In this document: one piece after another, positions 1 to 7,106 of the stretch | How positions within the stretch are numbered: the first letter of the stretch is position 1 | Layout: every line of letters begins with the position of its first letter | Notes under the pieces: generated by a model | What the model was told of the DNA's origin: nothing | Database searches by the model: none | Seen by the model: the letters and a program-made list of their open reading frames with translations, nothing else | Origin: a virus | DNA length: 48,830 bases | Direction: 5' to 3' (one strand) | Virus record (IMG/VR): IMGVR_UViG_3300034069_000920 | Coordinates: 1-48,830 of that record | Made by a program: the position numbers and the translations under genes

Positions 1-141
1 ATCGGCGATGTATTCGACCGCCTTCGCGATGTTGCTGACGAGTCTGTGGACTGCTGCGTCACCTCGCCGCCCTACTGGAACCTGCGCGACTACGACGTTG
101 AAGGTCAGATCGGTATGGAGCCGACGCTCGCGAAGCATCTC
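1..141. repeat. End overlap, copy 1 (identical to 48690-48830)
   Basis: Read base by base: ATCGGCGATGTATTCGACC...GCGAAGCATCTC occurs at both window ends. It lies inside a coding frame, so it looks like the closure of a circular assembly rather than an LTR or att repeat. Confidence 0.95.
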
Positions 142-1200
142 GAGGTGATGGTTCGGGTTTTCGAGGAGGTGCGCCGCGTCCTGAAGCCACATGGTAACTG
201 CTTCATAAACTATGGCGATTGCTATGCGACGACGCCGAATGGGCGATCAGCAGAGGATAGCAAGGCGGCTGGCGGTGATGACCGGACGTTCCGCGATAAG
301 CCCGCCAGCACGATCGGCGGAGGAATAAAGGCGAAGGATCTGTGCATGATCCCGAACCGGCTCGCGATCGCGCTGCAGGACGCAGGATGGTGGGTTCGTT
401 CTGAAATCGTGTGGGGGAAGACCAACCCGATGCCGGATAGCTCCGGCTCGCAACGTCCGGCGACGGCGCACGAGAAGATTTTCTGGCTCGCGAAGTCTGA
501 CGACGCGCCAATCTGGCGCGCGCGAGACACTGGCGAGCTGTCCTTCGCGCCAGACCTCACGCAGCGCTGCGCTTTGATCACCGACCCTACACGCACCGGA
601 CAGCGCTGGCTGAACATCGGCACGTTTTACGATGCTGGAGCTGTGCTGCAAGGCCGCACATCGGATGAGGATGCCGTGACCTATCGCGGCGGCTCTTATG
701 TCGGGGGCGAGCCAGGCCCGCGGGTGGCGGTGGGCAATAAGCGGATCAAGATGCCCGATGGCTGGGACACTGGTGCGGGCGGCCACGGATCGCATCATCG
801 CCTCGGCCGTGAAAAGGGCCAAACACGCACGGTCAGCCCTCGCCACGAGGGCCATATTAATCACACCGGCATCGCCAATACGCCGCGCGACCAAGGCCGC
901 TACCTGCGCAATTACGAGCCAGCAGCTCTCGACGTCTGGGAGATGGCGATCGAGCCGTTCCGCGACGCGCACTTCGCGACATTCCCGACAGAATTGGCGC
1001 GTCGGGCTATCCTCGCCGGGTGTCCGAAGGGCGGTGTCGTGCTCGACCCGTTCTTCGGCGCCGGCACCACTGGAATGGTCGCCGACCGGCTGCAGCGCGA
1101 CTGCATCGGCATTGAGCTCAATCCCAAATACGCCGACATCGCCCACCGTCGCATTGAGCGCGACCGGGGCGGTTTACTTGATGCGATGGAGGCCGCTTGA
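1..1200 (+). CDS. DNA methyltransferase, beta-class (N6A/N4C type); body and 3' end, with the 5' end at 48672-48830 across the circular junction
   Basis: The frame of ORF 46..1200 is open from base 1 and joins in frame to the ATG at 48672 (MTVSILIGDVFDRL...). Motif IV (CVTSPPYW) is near the N-terminus and motif I (VLDPFFGAGTTG) near the C-terminus, which is the beta-class order. HEKIFWLAKS lies between them. Confidence 0.85.
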   Translation: MGDVFDRLRDVADESVDCCVTSPPYWNLRDYDVEGQIGMEPTLAKHLEVMVRVFEEVRRVLKPHGNCFINYGDCYATTPNGRSAEDSKAAGGDDRTFRDKPASTIGGGIKAKDLCMIPNRLAIALQDAGWWVRSEIVWGKTNPMPDSSGSQRPATAHEKIFWLAKSDDAPIWRARDTGELSFAPDLTQRCALITDPTRTGQRWLNIGTFYDAGAVLQGRTSDEDAVTYRGGSYVGGEPGPRVAVGNKRIKMPDGWDTGAGGHGSHHRLGREKGQTRTVSPRHEGHINHTGIANTPRDQGRYLRNYEPAALDVWEMAIEPFRDAHFATFPTELARRAILAGCPKGGVVLDPFFGAGTTGMVADRLQRDCIGIELNPKYADIAHRRIERDRGGLLDAMEAA

Positions 1201-1935
1201 ATGCCCCGCCGCTCCCGCTACACCACGATGCCGAGCGACTTCGCGGAACGAGCCGCGACTGAAAGCTCGACCGCTCTACGCAATCACTACCGCGTCCAAC
1301 TAGAGCGGATCGTCGCTTGGCGCCGGGAATGCGGCATACCTTCGCCGATGATCCGGCCGCCGGTGAATGCCGGCCCGCCCCCAGGCTTCGCGGAAGAGGC
1401 GGCGGTCAAATCCAGCGCGGAACTGGTAAAGCTTTATCGACGCACCGCCGATACCATAGCGAAATGGCGTCGGGACTGCGGCGTCAGGGCGCCGGGCAAC
1501 TCACACGTCACGTCTGGAACGTTCCAGCCTGTGCCGACACCGGAGAACTTCGCTGCGCTCGCGCCCACCATGACGCGGCATGAGGCGGCGGCATTCTTTG
1601 GCCACGGCGCGGCTGTGCTCAAGCGGTGGGCAGCCGAGGCTGGCGTCAGCTTCCGCAAGCAGATCAGCGTCGTATCTGGACGCCGTGCGGCAAAGGTCCG
1701 CAACACTGCACGCGACATGAGCCGCGCCGGCCAAGCGGCCGAGTTCCTTCAGAAGTTCGGGCCGGTGTTCCGCTGTAACGGAACAGGCCAGCCGGACGTC
1801 AAGGGCAATCACTGGCGGCGCGGCACCACCACCCTCACCGCCGACGAGATCATCGCGCGCGCCGAGCGCAACGGTTGGCGACCCGACGCCTGGAAACAGC
1901 TTTCCACCCCACACAACGAAGGAGCACGAGCATGA
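1201..1935 (+). CDS. Hypothetical DNA-binding protein with three tandem HTH-like repeats
   Basis: The ATG follows the MTase stop directly. There are three repeats of about 45 aa: ...LRNHYRVQLERIVAWRRECGIPSP, ...LVKLYRRTADTIAKWRRDCGVRAP and ...AAFFGHGAAVLKRWAAEAGVSF. The stop overlaps the dnaN start (ATGA). Confidence 0.6.
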   Translation: MPRRSRYTTMPSDFAERAATESSTALRNHYRVQLERIVAWRRECGIPSPMIRPPVNAGPPPGFAEEAAVKSSAELVKLYRRTADTIAKWRRDCGVRAPGNSHVTSGTFQPVPTPENFAALAPTMTRHEAAAFFGHGAAVLKRWAAEAGVSFRKQISVVSGRRAAKVRNTARDMSRAGQAAEFLQKFGPVFRCNGTGQPDVKGNHWRRGTTTLTADEIIARAERNGWRPDAWKQLSTPHNEGARA

Positions 1936-3098
1936 ACGTCCAAGCCTCGCGGGCGGATTTCCGCCGCGCCATCACCATAGCGTCGAAGGTCGTCGAACGC
2001 CGCAACGTCATCCCGATCCTTGATAGCCTGCGCTGCCGCGCGAACGGGTCGCTCGAGGTGACCGGCACCGATCTCGACAATCAGTTGACAGTCAATGTGC
2101 CGCGCTTGCCGGGCAAGGACGTGTCTTTCGCGCTGCTGTCACCTGGGCCCATCAATAAAGCGCTGGCGCTGGTCGGCGGTGACGACGTCACGCTATCATA
2201 CCTCGACGGCAAGGTCTCAGTCGCGTCGGGCGCGCTGGGCATGAACGTCGATACCCTGCCGGCCGATGACTTCCCGATCGATTGCGATCGCCCACTCGAC
2301 GCTATGTTCTCGGTGACCTTATCGCCGGCGCATATCCGCGCGCTCGGTCGGATCGCTGCGGCAATCTCAACCGAGGAGACGCGCTACTATCTCAACGGCA
2401 TCAACATCCGGCGGCGCGATAATGGACTTTACCGGGTGTCGGCCACCGATGGCCATCGCCTCTGCTTCATTGACATGGCTTTGCCGGATGCAGTCGGCGA
2501 TGTCGGCACGATCATCATACCAGCAAAGGCGGTCAGCTTGTTGCGCGAGCTCGCCGGCAAGGCGGTTGGTGACGTGAAGTTCGTTGTCGGCACCGTGCCG
2601 CCGGCAAATCGCGAGGAGACAACAGCGCCTGCCCGTGTCGGTGCGCCACGGATAAGCGCAGCGTTCGACATGAAGGGCGCCAAGGTCCGCTTGGTGTCGA
2701 AGCTGATCGACGGCACCTATCCAGACGTCGACCGCGTGATTCCGCAGGCGAACGACAAGCCGATGTCGTTCAACAGCGCGGAGCTCCGCGCCGCCCTACG
2801 TGCGGTCACTGGCCATTCTTCGCATTATCCCGCGCTGAAGCTCACGCTTGATGAGCAAGGCGCAACGGTCTCGTCATACTACTCCGGGTTGTCGATGGAT
2901 GCGGCCGTTCGCGTTGCGTGCGATCATCAGCACCCTGGCTTCGTGATCGGCCTCAACGGCGGATACCTGCTGTCTATGATCGACGCGGCCGGCGGCGACA
3001 CCTTCTACCTTTCGGCGCTCGATCCCTCCGGACCGGTGATGGTGAAGAACCCTGCCGATACGGAATGGACCGGCGTGCTCATGCCGATGCGCGTCTGA
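1932..3098 (+). CDS. dnaN: DNA polymerase III beta subunit (sliding clamp), phage-encoded
   Basis: 388 aa starting MNVQASR. DnaN hallmarks are present: ERRNVIPILDSL, EETRYYLNGINI, SATDGHRLCF, IIIPAKAV, KLIDGTYPDVDRVIP, IGLNGGYLL, and a C-terminal GVLMPMRV. Confidence 0.9.
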   Translation: MNVQASRADFRRAITIASKVVERRNVIPILDSLRCRANGSLEVTGTDLDNQLTVNVPRLPGKDVSFALLSPGPINKALALVGGDDVTLSYLDGKVSVASGALGMNVDTLPADDFPIDCDRPLDAMFSVTLSPAHIRALGRIAAAISTEETRYYLNGINIRRRDNGLYRVSATDGHRLCFIDMALPDAVGDVGTIIIPAKAVSLLRELAGKAVGDVKFVVGTVPPANREETTAPARVGAPRISAAFDMKGAKVRLVSKLIDGTYPDVDRVIPQANDKPMSFNSAELRAALRAVTGHSSHYPALKLTLDEQGATVSSYYSGLSMDAAVRVACDHQHPGFVIGLNGGYLLSMIDAAGGDTFYLSALDPSGPVMVKNPADTEWTGVLMPMRV

Positions 3099-3119
3099 CC
3101 AGAGACTAGGGGAAATCAC

Positions 3120-3359
3120 ATGACAGACACCATAGCCGCCGACCAGTTGCGCCTCCTCATCGAGCGTATCGAGCGTCTTGAAGAAGAAAAGAAGGGCATC
3201 TCCGACGACATCAAGGACGTCTACGGCGAGGCCAAGTCGACTGGTTTCGACGTCAAGACGATCCGCACGATCGTCCGCCTGCGCAAGATGGAGAAACATC
3301 ACCGCGACGAGGCCGATGAGCTGCTGGAGACCTATAAGCAGGCGCTGGGGCTATCATGA
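3120..3359 (+). CDS. GapR-like nucleoid-associated protein (DUF2312/UPF0335 family)
   Basis: The 79-aa sequence [48 protein letters not shown] matches the conserved core of alphaproteobacterial GapR/DUF2312. An AGGGGA RBS lies upstream. Confidence 0.85.
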   Translation: MTDTIAADQLRLLIERIERLEEEKKGISDDIKDVYGEAKSTGFDVKTIRTIVRLRKMEKHHRDEADELLETYKQALGLS

Positions 3360-3646
3360 CGGACGGAGCCACCCGTTCCGCTGTTGCGGAACAGCAGCGT
3401 TTGCCGCGTGATGCGTGGCGAATGATGGGGCTGGAGACGGCAAGCGAGCTGCTTGGACACAATGCGCTTGCCGAGGCGCTGTCCATAGACCCGCGCTCGT
3501 TACGCTACAAGATACAGGCCGGTCGAGGTGTCTCTGACGTCGACATCACGCTTGCGGCGGGTGCTCTCGAGGCAAGCGCGGCGCGGATGGCTGACCATGC
3601 CCGCAAGCTGCGCGCCGCCCTGGCGCCGGAGAGCGCGGCCGCGTGA
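3356..3646 (+). CDS. Hypothetical protein (possible small HTH)
   Basis: 96-aa ORF. It has an ATGA overlap with the upstream stop and a GTGA overlap with the downstream start, and high GC3. Confidence 0.5.
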   Translation: MTDGATRSAVAEQQRLPRDAWRMMGLETASELLGHNALAEALSIDPRSLRYKIQAGRGVSDVDITLAAGALEASAARMADHARKLRAALAPESAAA

Positions 3647-4434
3647 GCATCAGGATCATGACGGCGGTGTGGGCGACGAGATTGCCGGACAGCGAGAAGA
3701 TCGTTCTTCTCGCGCTGGCGGACTGTGCCAACGACGAGGGCGGCTGCTGGCCGTCGATGAGGACGCTCGCCGAAAAGTGCAGCAAGACCGATCGGACTGT
3801 TCAGGCTGCCATCAAGGCGCTGTGTGCAGCCGGACATCTCACCCGCAACGAGGTGCCCGGTAGGGGCTGCTCGTACGTCGTTCACCCCCGAACTGATTTC
3901 ACCCCCGCAGCGGCTTCACCCCCGAAGCAACTTCGCCCCGAAGTCGCTTCACCCCCGAAGCGAACGACGGTAACCCCCGAAGCCGCTTCGGACAAACCGT
4001 CAAGAACCACCATACCTCAGAAGGCTGCGCCTTCTTCGGTTGTTCGCGCGTCCAAACGAGCGACGGCATTCCCCGACAACTTCCAGCCGGTGATGACGGG
4101 CAAGACCGCGGAGGTCGTCAACGGCTGGCCGCCTGGTCGCCGCGAGGATGAGCTTGAGCACTTCGCCGACCACCATACCGCCAAGGGCAACACGAGCTGC
4201 GATTGGCAGGCGTCGTGGAGAACCTGGGTCAAGAATTCCACGAAATGGGAACCGCAGCATGGACCACATCAACCCCGTTCTCAGCCGGGTAACGGTCATC
4301 GAGGATCACGACCGCAGCCCGCCCTCGACCTTCTGCGAGCATCCCAGCGCGCGCAGCAAGACGAGCGTGCCGCCGGTGATCGCCGAGATCGTGGCGAAGC
4401 TGGGCCTGCGCTACCTGCCCTCTGGACAGGCTGA
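3643..4434 (+). CDS. Replication initiator-like protein (N-terminal winged-HTH; iterons in the linker-coding region)
   Basis: The N-terminus AVWATRLPDSEKIVLLALADCANDEGGCWPSMRTLAEKCSKTDRTVQAAIKALCAAGHL is typical of phage replication/organiser HTH domains. A proline-rich linker is encoded by repeated DNA. The end motif DWQASWRTWVKN is near 4230. The frame stays open to 4434, but GC3 collapses after about 4259. Confidence 0.6.
   Translation: MSIRIMTAVWATRLPDSEKIVLLALADCANDEGGCWPSMRTLAEKCSKTDRTVQAAIKALCAAGHLTRNEVPGRGCSYVVHPRTDFTPAAASPPKQLRPEVASPPKRTTVTPEAASDKPSRTTIPQKAAPSSVVRASKRATAFPDNFQPVMTGKTAEVVNGWPPGRREDELEHFADHHTAKGNTSCDWQASWRTWVKNSTKWEPQHGPHQPRSQPGNGHRGSRPQPALDLLRASQRAQQDERAAGDRRDRGEAGPALPALWTG
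3881..3991. repeat. Iteron array (candidate phage origin of replication)
   Basis: Six copies of TTCACCCCCGAAG-like 12-13-mers start at 3881, 3898, 3915, 3932, 3948 and 3971, mostly 16-17 bp apart. The array ends in the palindrome CCGAAG-CCG-CTTCGG (3976-3990). Confidence 0.6.
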
Positions 4435-4726
4435 CCGTGAGGCGCATGCTGAATTGCTGCTGCTGCTCGGTGAGGACTTGGCCGACGTGCCGGCGCAGCT
4501 GCTCGACGACGCGGCGCGGCGCTGGGCCAAGGAAGAAAAGTTCATGCCGCGCGCCAGCGAGATCCGCGACATGGCCCGGCGCATCCAAGGCGAGCGAACC
4601 AAGGGCACGGCAGCCGGTGACGATCAGCTTCAGCGCCAGTGCGACACGCTCAACGCCAAGAACGTCGACTGGCACTGGATTGTGGCCGGCACAGCGCCGA
4701 ACCGCAGCGTCGTTCGGGTGCGGTGA
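4259..4726 (+). CDS. Hypothetical replication-module protein (possible helicase-loader/G39P-like)
   Basis: The ATG at 4259 (MDHINPV) lies inside ORF 4148..4726. GC3 is very high in this frame from 4259 onward. The pattern LRYLPSGQADREAHAELLLLLGEDLADVPAQLLDDAARRWAKEEKFMPRASEI resembles loader N-domains. The functional call is weak. Confidence 0.45.
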   Translation: MDHINPVLSRVTVIEDHDRSPPSTFCEHPSARSKTSVPPVIAEIVAKLGLRYLPSGQADREAHAELLLLLGEDLADVPAQLLDDAARRWAKEEKFMPRASEIRDMARRIQGERTKGTAAGDDQLQRQCDTLNAKNVDWHWIVAGTAPNRSVVRVR

Positions 4727-4776
4727 CAGCACATCGCGTTCTGATTATGTTCTAGGGGTAAGGGAGTACGGTTATC

Positions 4777-5343
4777 ATGGCGCGGGGCAAAGATCAGAAC
4801 GGCTGGTGTATCTTGCGCACGGCGGGTCAGCGAACCCTCATTCTGGCGAAGTCGCTCACAGACGCCGGCTTTGATGCTTGGACCCCGGCTGAGACGCGCA
4901 AGCATAAGCTGCGAGGAGGCAAAACAGGTGAGGCTGAGAAGACGATGGCTCTGATGCCAACGTTTGTTTTTGTTCGCTGCCGCCATCTGCCGGAGTTGCA
5001 CTCCATCAGCACATCGCCATCGAGCCCGCATCCTGCATTCTCTCTGTTTCGATATCTTGGTCAGTTCCCGATCCTCGCCGACCGCGAAGTGGAGCGCCTG
5101 CGCGAGATTGAGCACCGCCATCTCCCCAAGGGGCAGCGCATCACGATGCCGATCGGCGCGACAGTCCGGCCCAAGGAAGGGCCATACACAGGCATGTCTG
5201 GAATTGTAGAGGCGAGCAAGAACGGGGCAACAATGGTCTTCTTCGGGGGGTGGATGAAGGTGAAAATAGACACTTTCATTCTTGAGCGAACCGATATAGA
5301 ACAGATGCAGCCCATATCCGGCACAGCTGCTTTGGCAGCATAG
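4777..5343 (+). CDS. NusG/RfaH-like transcription elongation/antitermination factor (NGN + KOW)
   Basis: The NGN-like N-terminus reads WCILRTAGQRTLILAKSLTDAGFDAWTP...MPTFVFVRC. The KOW-like C-terminus reads GATVRPKEGPYTGMSGIVEASKNGATMVFFGGWMKVKI. An AAGGGAG RBS lies upstream. Confidence 0.7.
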   Translation: MARGKDQNGWCILRTAGQRTLILAKSLTDAGFDAWTPAETRKHKLRGGKTGEAEKTMALMPTFVFVRCRHLPELHSISTSPSSPHPAFSLFRYLGQFPILADREVERLREIEHRHLPKGQRITMPIGATVRPKEGPYTGMSGIVEASKNGATMVFFGGWMKVKIDTFILERTDIEQMQPISGTAALAA

Positions 5344-5429
5344 GCGCGTCCGAGCAGTTGCCGGCGCCGAAGCGTGGAGAAGCCCTGCTTCTGCCCGTGT
5401 GCCGAAGGCTTTCGACATAGGTGAGTGCC

Positions 5430-5594
5430 ATGGCAATGAGCCGCGCCGATCGTCTCCGCATTATTGCTGATGAGCTTATGACGCTCGCCGATGCCGACGA
5501 GCAGCCTTCGCGATCAACCGCCCGCGCCGATATGCTGATCGCGGAAGGTGAGCGGATCGCGATTGCGGTGTGGGTCGCCTTCCGCGGCCGATGA
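5430..5594 (+). CDS. Small hypothetical protein (54 aa, below the ORF-track cutoff)
   Basis: Read from sequence: MAMSRADRLRIIADELMTLADADEQPSRSTARADMLIAEGERIAIAVWVAFRGR. The stop overlaps the next ATG (ATGA at 5591-5594). GC3 is moderate. Confidence 0.35.
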   Translation: MAMSRADRLRIIADELMTLADADEQPSRSTARADMLIAEGERIAIAVWVAFRGR

Positions 5595-6205
5595 TCGGGA
5601 TTGACATTCGGGGCAGCCTCAGGCCCCTTCAACGCACGTTCATCGCCCTCGGCGCCAAACAGGTGCCATTCGCAACATCTCTCGCGCTGAACGCCTTGGC
5701 TAAGGGTGTCGCCGCTGACGAGGCGAAGCTGATCGACGAGACATTCAAGTCGCCGACCCCCTTCACTGAGGCGGCATATCGGATCGAGGTCGCGACCAAG
5801 TCGAAGCCGGTTGCACGCGTTGCGGCGAAAGACATCCAGGCACAATACCTCAAGCCTTATGTTGTGGGCGGCGACCGATACCTCGGAACCAAGCGCGGCA
5901 TGCTGGCGCCGCGCGGTGTGAACCTCAACCAGTATGGCAACCTGACCAAGGGCAAGCTTCAGTCCCTCAAGGGTAAAAAGGGCGTGTTCATCGGAACACG
6001 TAAGACGCGTTCTGGTAAGGTGATCAACGGTGTGTGGCAGCGCCCGACCAGCAAGGGGCCACTGAAGCTGCTCATCCAGTTCGAAGACACGACCCCTGCC
6101 CCTAAGCGCCTGCCATTCGCCGAGCGAGCGCAGGCATACATCAGGGCGAACGCCGCCAACGAGTTCGACATTGCGCTGCGCCGCGCGCTCGCGACGGCAC
6201 GATAG
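5591..6205 (+). CDS. Conserved hypothetical phage protein
   Basis: The internal ATG (MIGIDIRG) of ORF 5570..6205 is coupled by ATGA to the upstream small ORF. GTG 5570 is an alternative start. GC3 is high. Confidence 0.6.
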   Translation: MIGIDIRGSLRPLQRTFIALGAKQVPFATSLALNALAKGVAADEAKLIDETFKSPTPFTEAAYRIEVATKSKPVARVAAKDIQAQYLKPYVVGGDRYLGTKRGMLAPRGVNLNQYGNLTKGKLQSLKGKKGVFIGTRKTRSGKVINGVWQRPTSKGPLKLLIQFEDTTPAPKRLPFAERAQAYIRANAANEFDIALRRALATAR

Positions 6206-6214
6206 GAGAGCCTC

Positions 6215-6409
6215 ATGCGGACCATAGCGACCGACGCATCCGACCACATGGCTGCGAGCGCCACCAAGGCGATCGACGGCGCGATGCAGCAGGCGCGCGA
6301 GCAGATGGCTCCAGCCGGTCGGCCTGCCCCCGTCGCAGCCAACGAGGCGGGCGTCGAGGTCGCCGACCCGCACCACGCCGCCCCAATGCCCCCTGAGCTC
6401 ATCGCCTGA
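6215..6409 (+). CDS. Hypothetical protein
   Basis: 64-aa ORF with an AGGAG RBS 7 nt upstream of the ATG. Confidence 0.45.
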   Translation: MRTIATDASDHMAASATKAIDGAMQQAREQMAPAGRPAPVAANEAGVEVADPHHAAPMPPELIA

Positions 6410-6494
6410 TCGGTTTTGGGTCCTTCCCCACCCTTTTTGCATCGAGGGTAATTGCGCGCCCCGAGCCGTCTCTAGCTGAAAGGGGGCAAAAGTT

Positions 6495-6963
6495 GTCCGC
6501 ACCCCGATGTCCGCACGGCTGAGCGTTCGCGAGTTCGCGCGGCAAGCTGGCTGCGATGAAAAGCAGGTCCGCCGCGCGATTGAGAAGGGGCTGATTTCCA
6601 AGGGAAACGACGGTTTGCTTGACGCAAGCCAGGTCGCTGGACATTGGCGCAAGCCGAACCGCCGCGGCGTATCGCGCGCGGCTGCGGACATGGCGGAAGC
6701 GCCGCGGACAACTGGAAATGTCCGCACACCGACGCGCGCGCGCAAAACGTCCGCAACTGTCCGCACCGGTGAGACCCCCGAGCAGGCTGCCGAGCGGATC
6801 GTCACGGAGGCCGGCGACCTACTATCGCTTGCCGATGCGCTTAAGCTGAAAGAGAACTATCTCGCTCGGCACCAGCAGCTTTCATACGACCTCAAGTGCG
6901 GAACGGTCGTGATCGCCGCCGATGTCGCGAAAGCGGTCGGTGCGGAATATGCCACGGTCCGCA
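6495..6963. repeat. GTCCGCA repeat cluster (candidate terminase small-subunit binding sites, cosB/pac-like)
   Basis: The core GTCCGCA occurs at 6495, 6509, 6720, 6749, 6759 and 6957 on the plus strand. It occurs inverted at 6683-6689 (TGCGGAC) and 6703-6709 (CGCGGAC, 1 mismatch). Most copies extend to (A/T)TGTCCGCAC. Confidence 0.5.
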
Positions 6964-7106
6964 CCCGCATGCTGGCGATCCCTTCGGAGATGGCCCCGGC
7001 CATCCACCGCCTGACGTCGGTCGTCGAAGTCGAGGACCTCCTTCGCAGCGTCATCGGCCAGGCGCTGGAGGAACTCACGCGTGACGGGATCCAAACGGTC
7101 GCCTGA
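6507..7106 (+). CDS. Terminase small subunit (Nu1-like, N-terminal HTH)
   Basis: The N-terminal HTH reads LSVREFARQAGCDEKQVRRAIEKGLI. The gene lies immediately upstream of, and overlaps, the gpA-type large terminase. The C-terminal pattern is like lambda-type small terminases. Confidence 0.6.
   Translation: MSARLSVREFARQAGCDEKQVRRAIEKGLISKGNDGLLDASQVAGHWRKPNRRGVSRAAADMAEAPRTTGNVRTPTRARKTSATVRTGETPEQAAERIVTEAGDLLSLADALKLKENYLARHQQLSYDLKCGTVVIAADVAKAVGAEYATVRTRMLAIPSEMAPAIHRLTSVVEVEDLLRSVIGQALEELTRDGIQTVA

Noticed and set aside
1-141. The end repeat as a biological direct terminal repeat, LTR or attL/attR pair.
   Set aside because: The repeat is exact, lies in mid-gene and restores a single MTase ORF. 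The real att core is the tRNA fragment at 39857-39906, and a lambda-type terminase predicts cos ends near 6.4-6.5 kb.
1201-1935. A GcrA-like cell-cycle regulator, considered because the gene sits next to a CcrM-order MTase, dnaN and a GapR-like gene.
   Set aside because: The repeats do not match the GcrA N-terminal HTH pattern, and the GcrA C-terminal Cys/Trp motif is absent. It is left as an uncharacterised triple-HTH protein.
5378-5392. A weak hairpin AGAAGC-CCT-GCTTCT downstream of the NusG-like gene, as a late terminator or antitermination target.
   Set aside because: It has only a 6-bp stem and a 3-nt loop, with no U tract. I also could not recognise an ops-like element by eye, so it is too weak to call.
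5276-6805. A 509-aa minus-strand ORF. Similar long antisense ORFs occur at 9572..10984, 10819..12129, 12148..13047, 13032..14159, 15597..16310, 27752..29167 and 247..1146.
   Set aside because: They lie antisense to, or out of frame with, genes that have strong family motifs (terminase, portal, protease, capsid, sheath, spike). Their products are Arg/Ala/Gly/Pro-rich low-complexity strings. These are typical stop-poor shadow frames in high-GC DNA.
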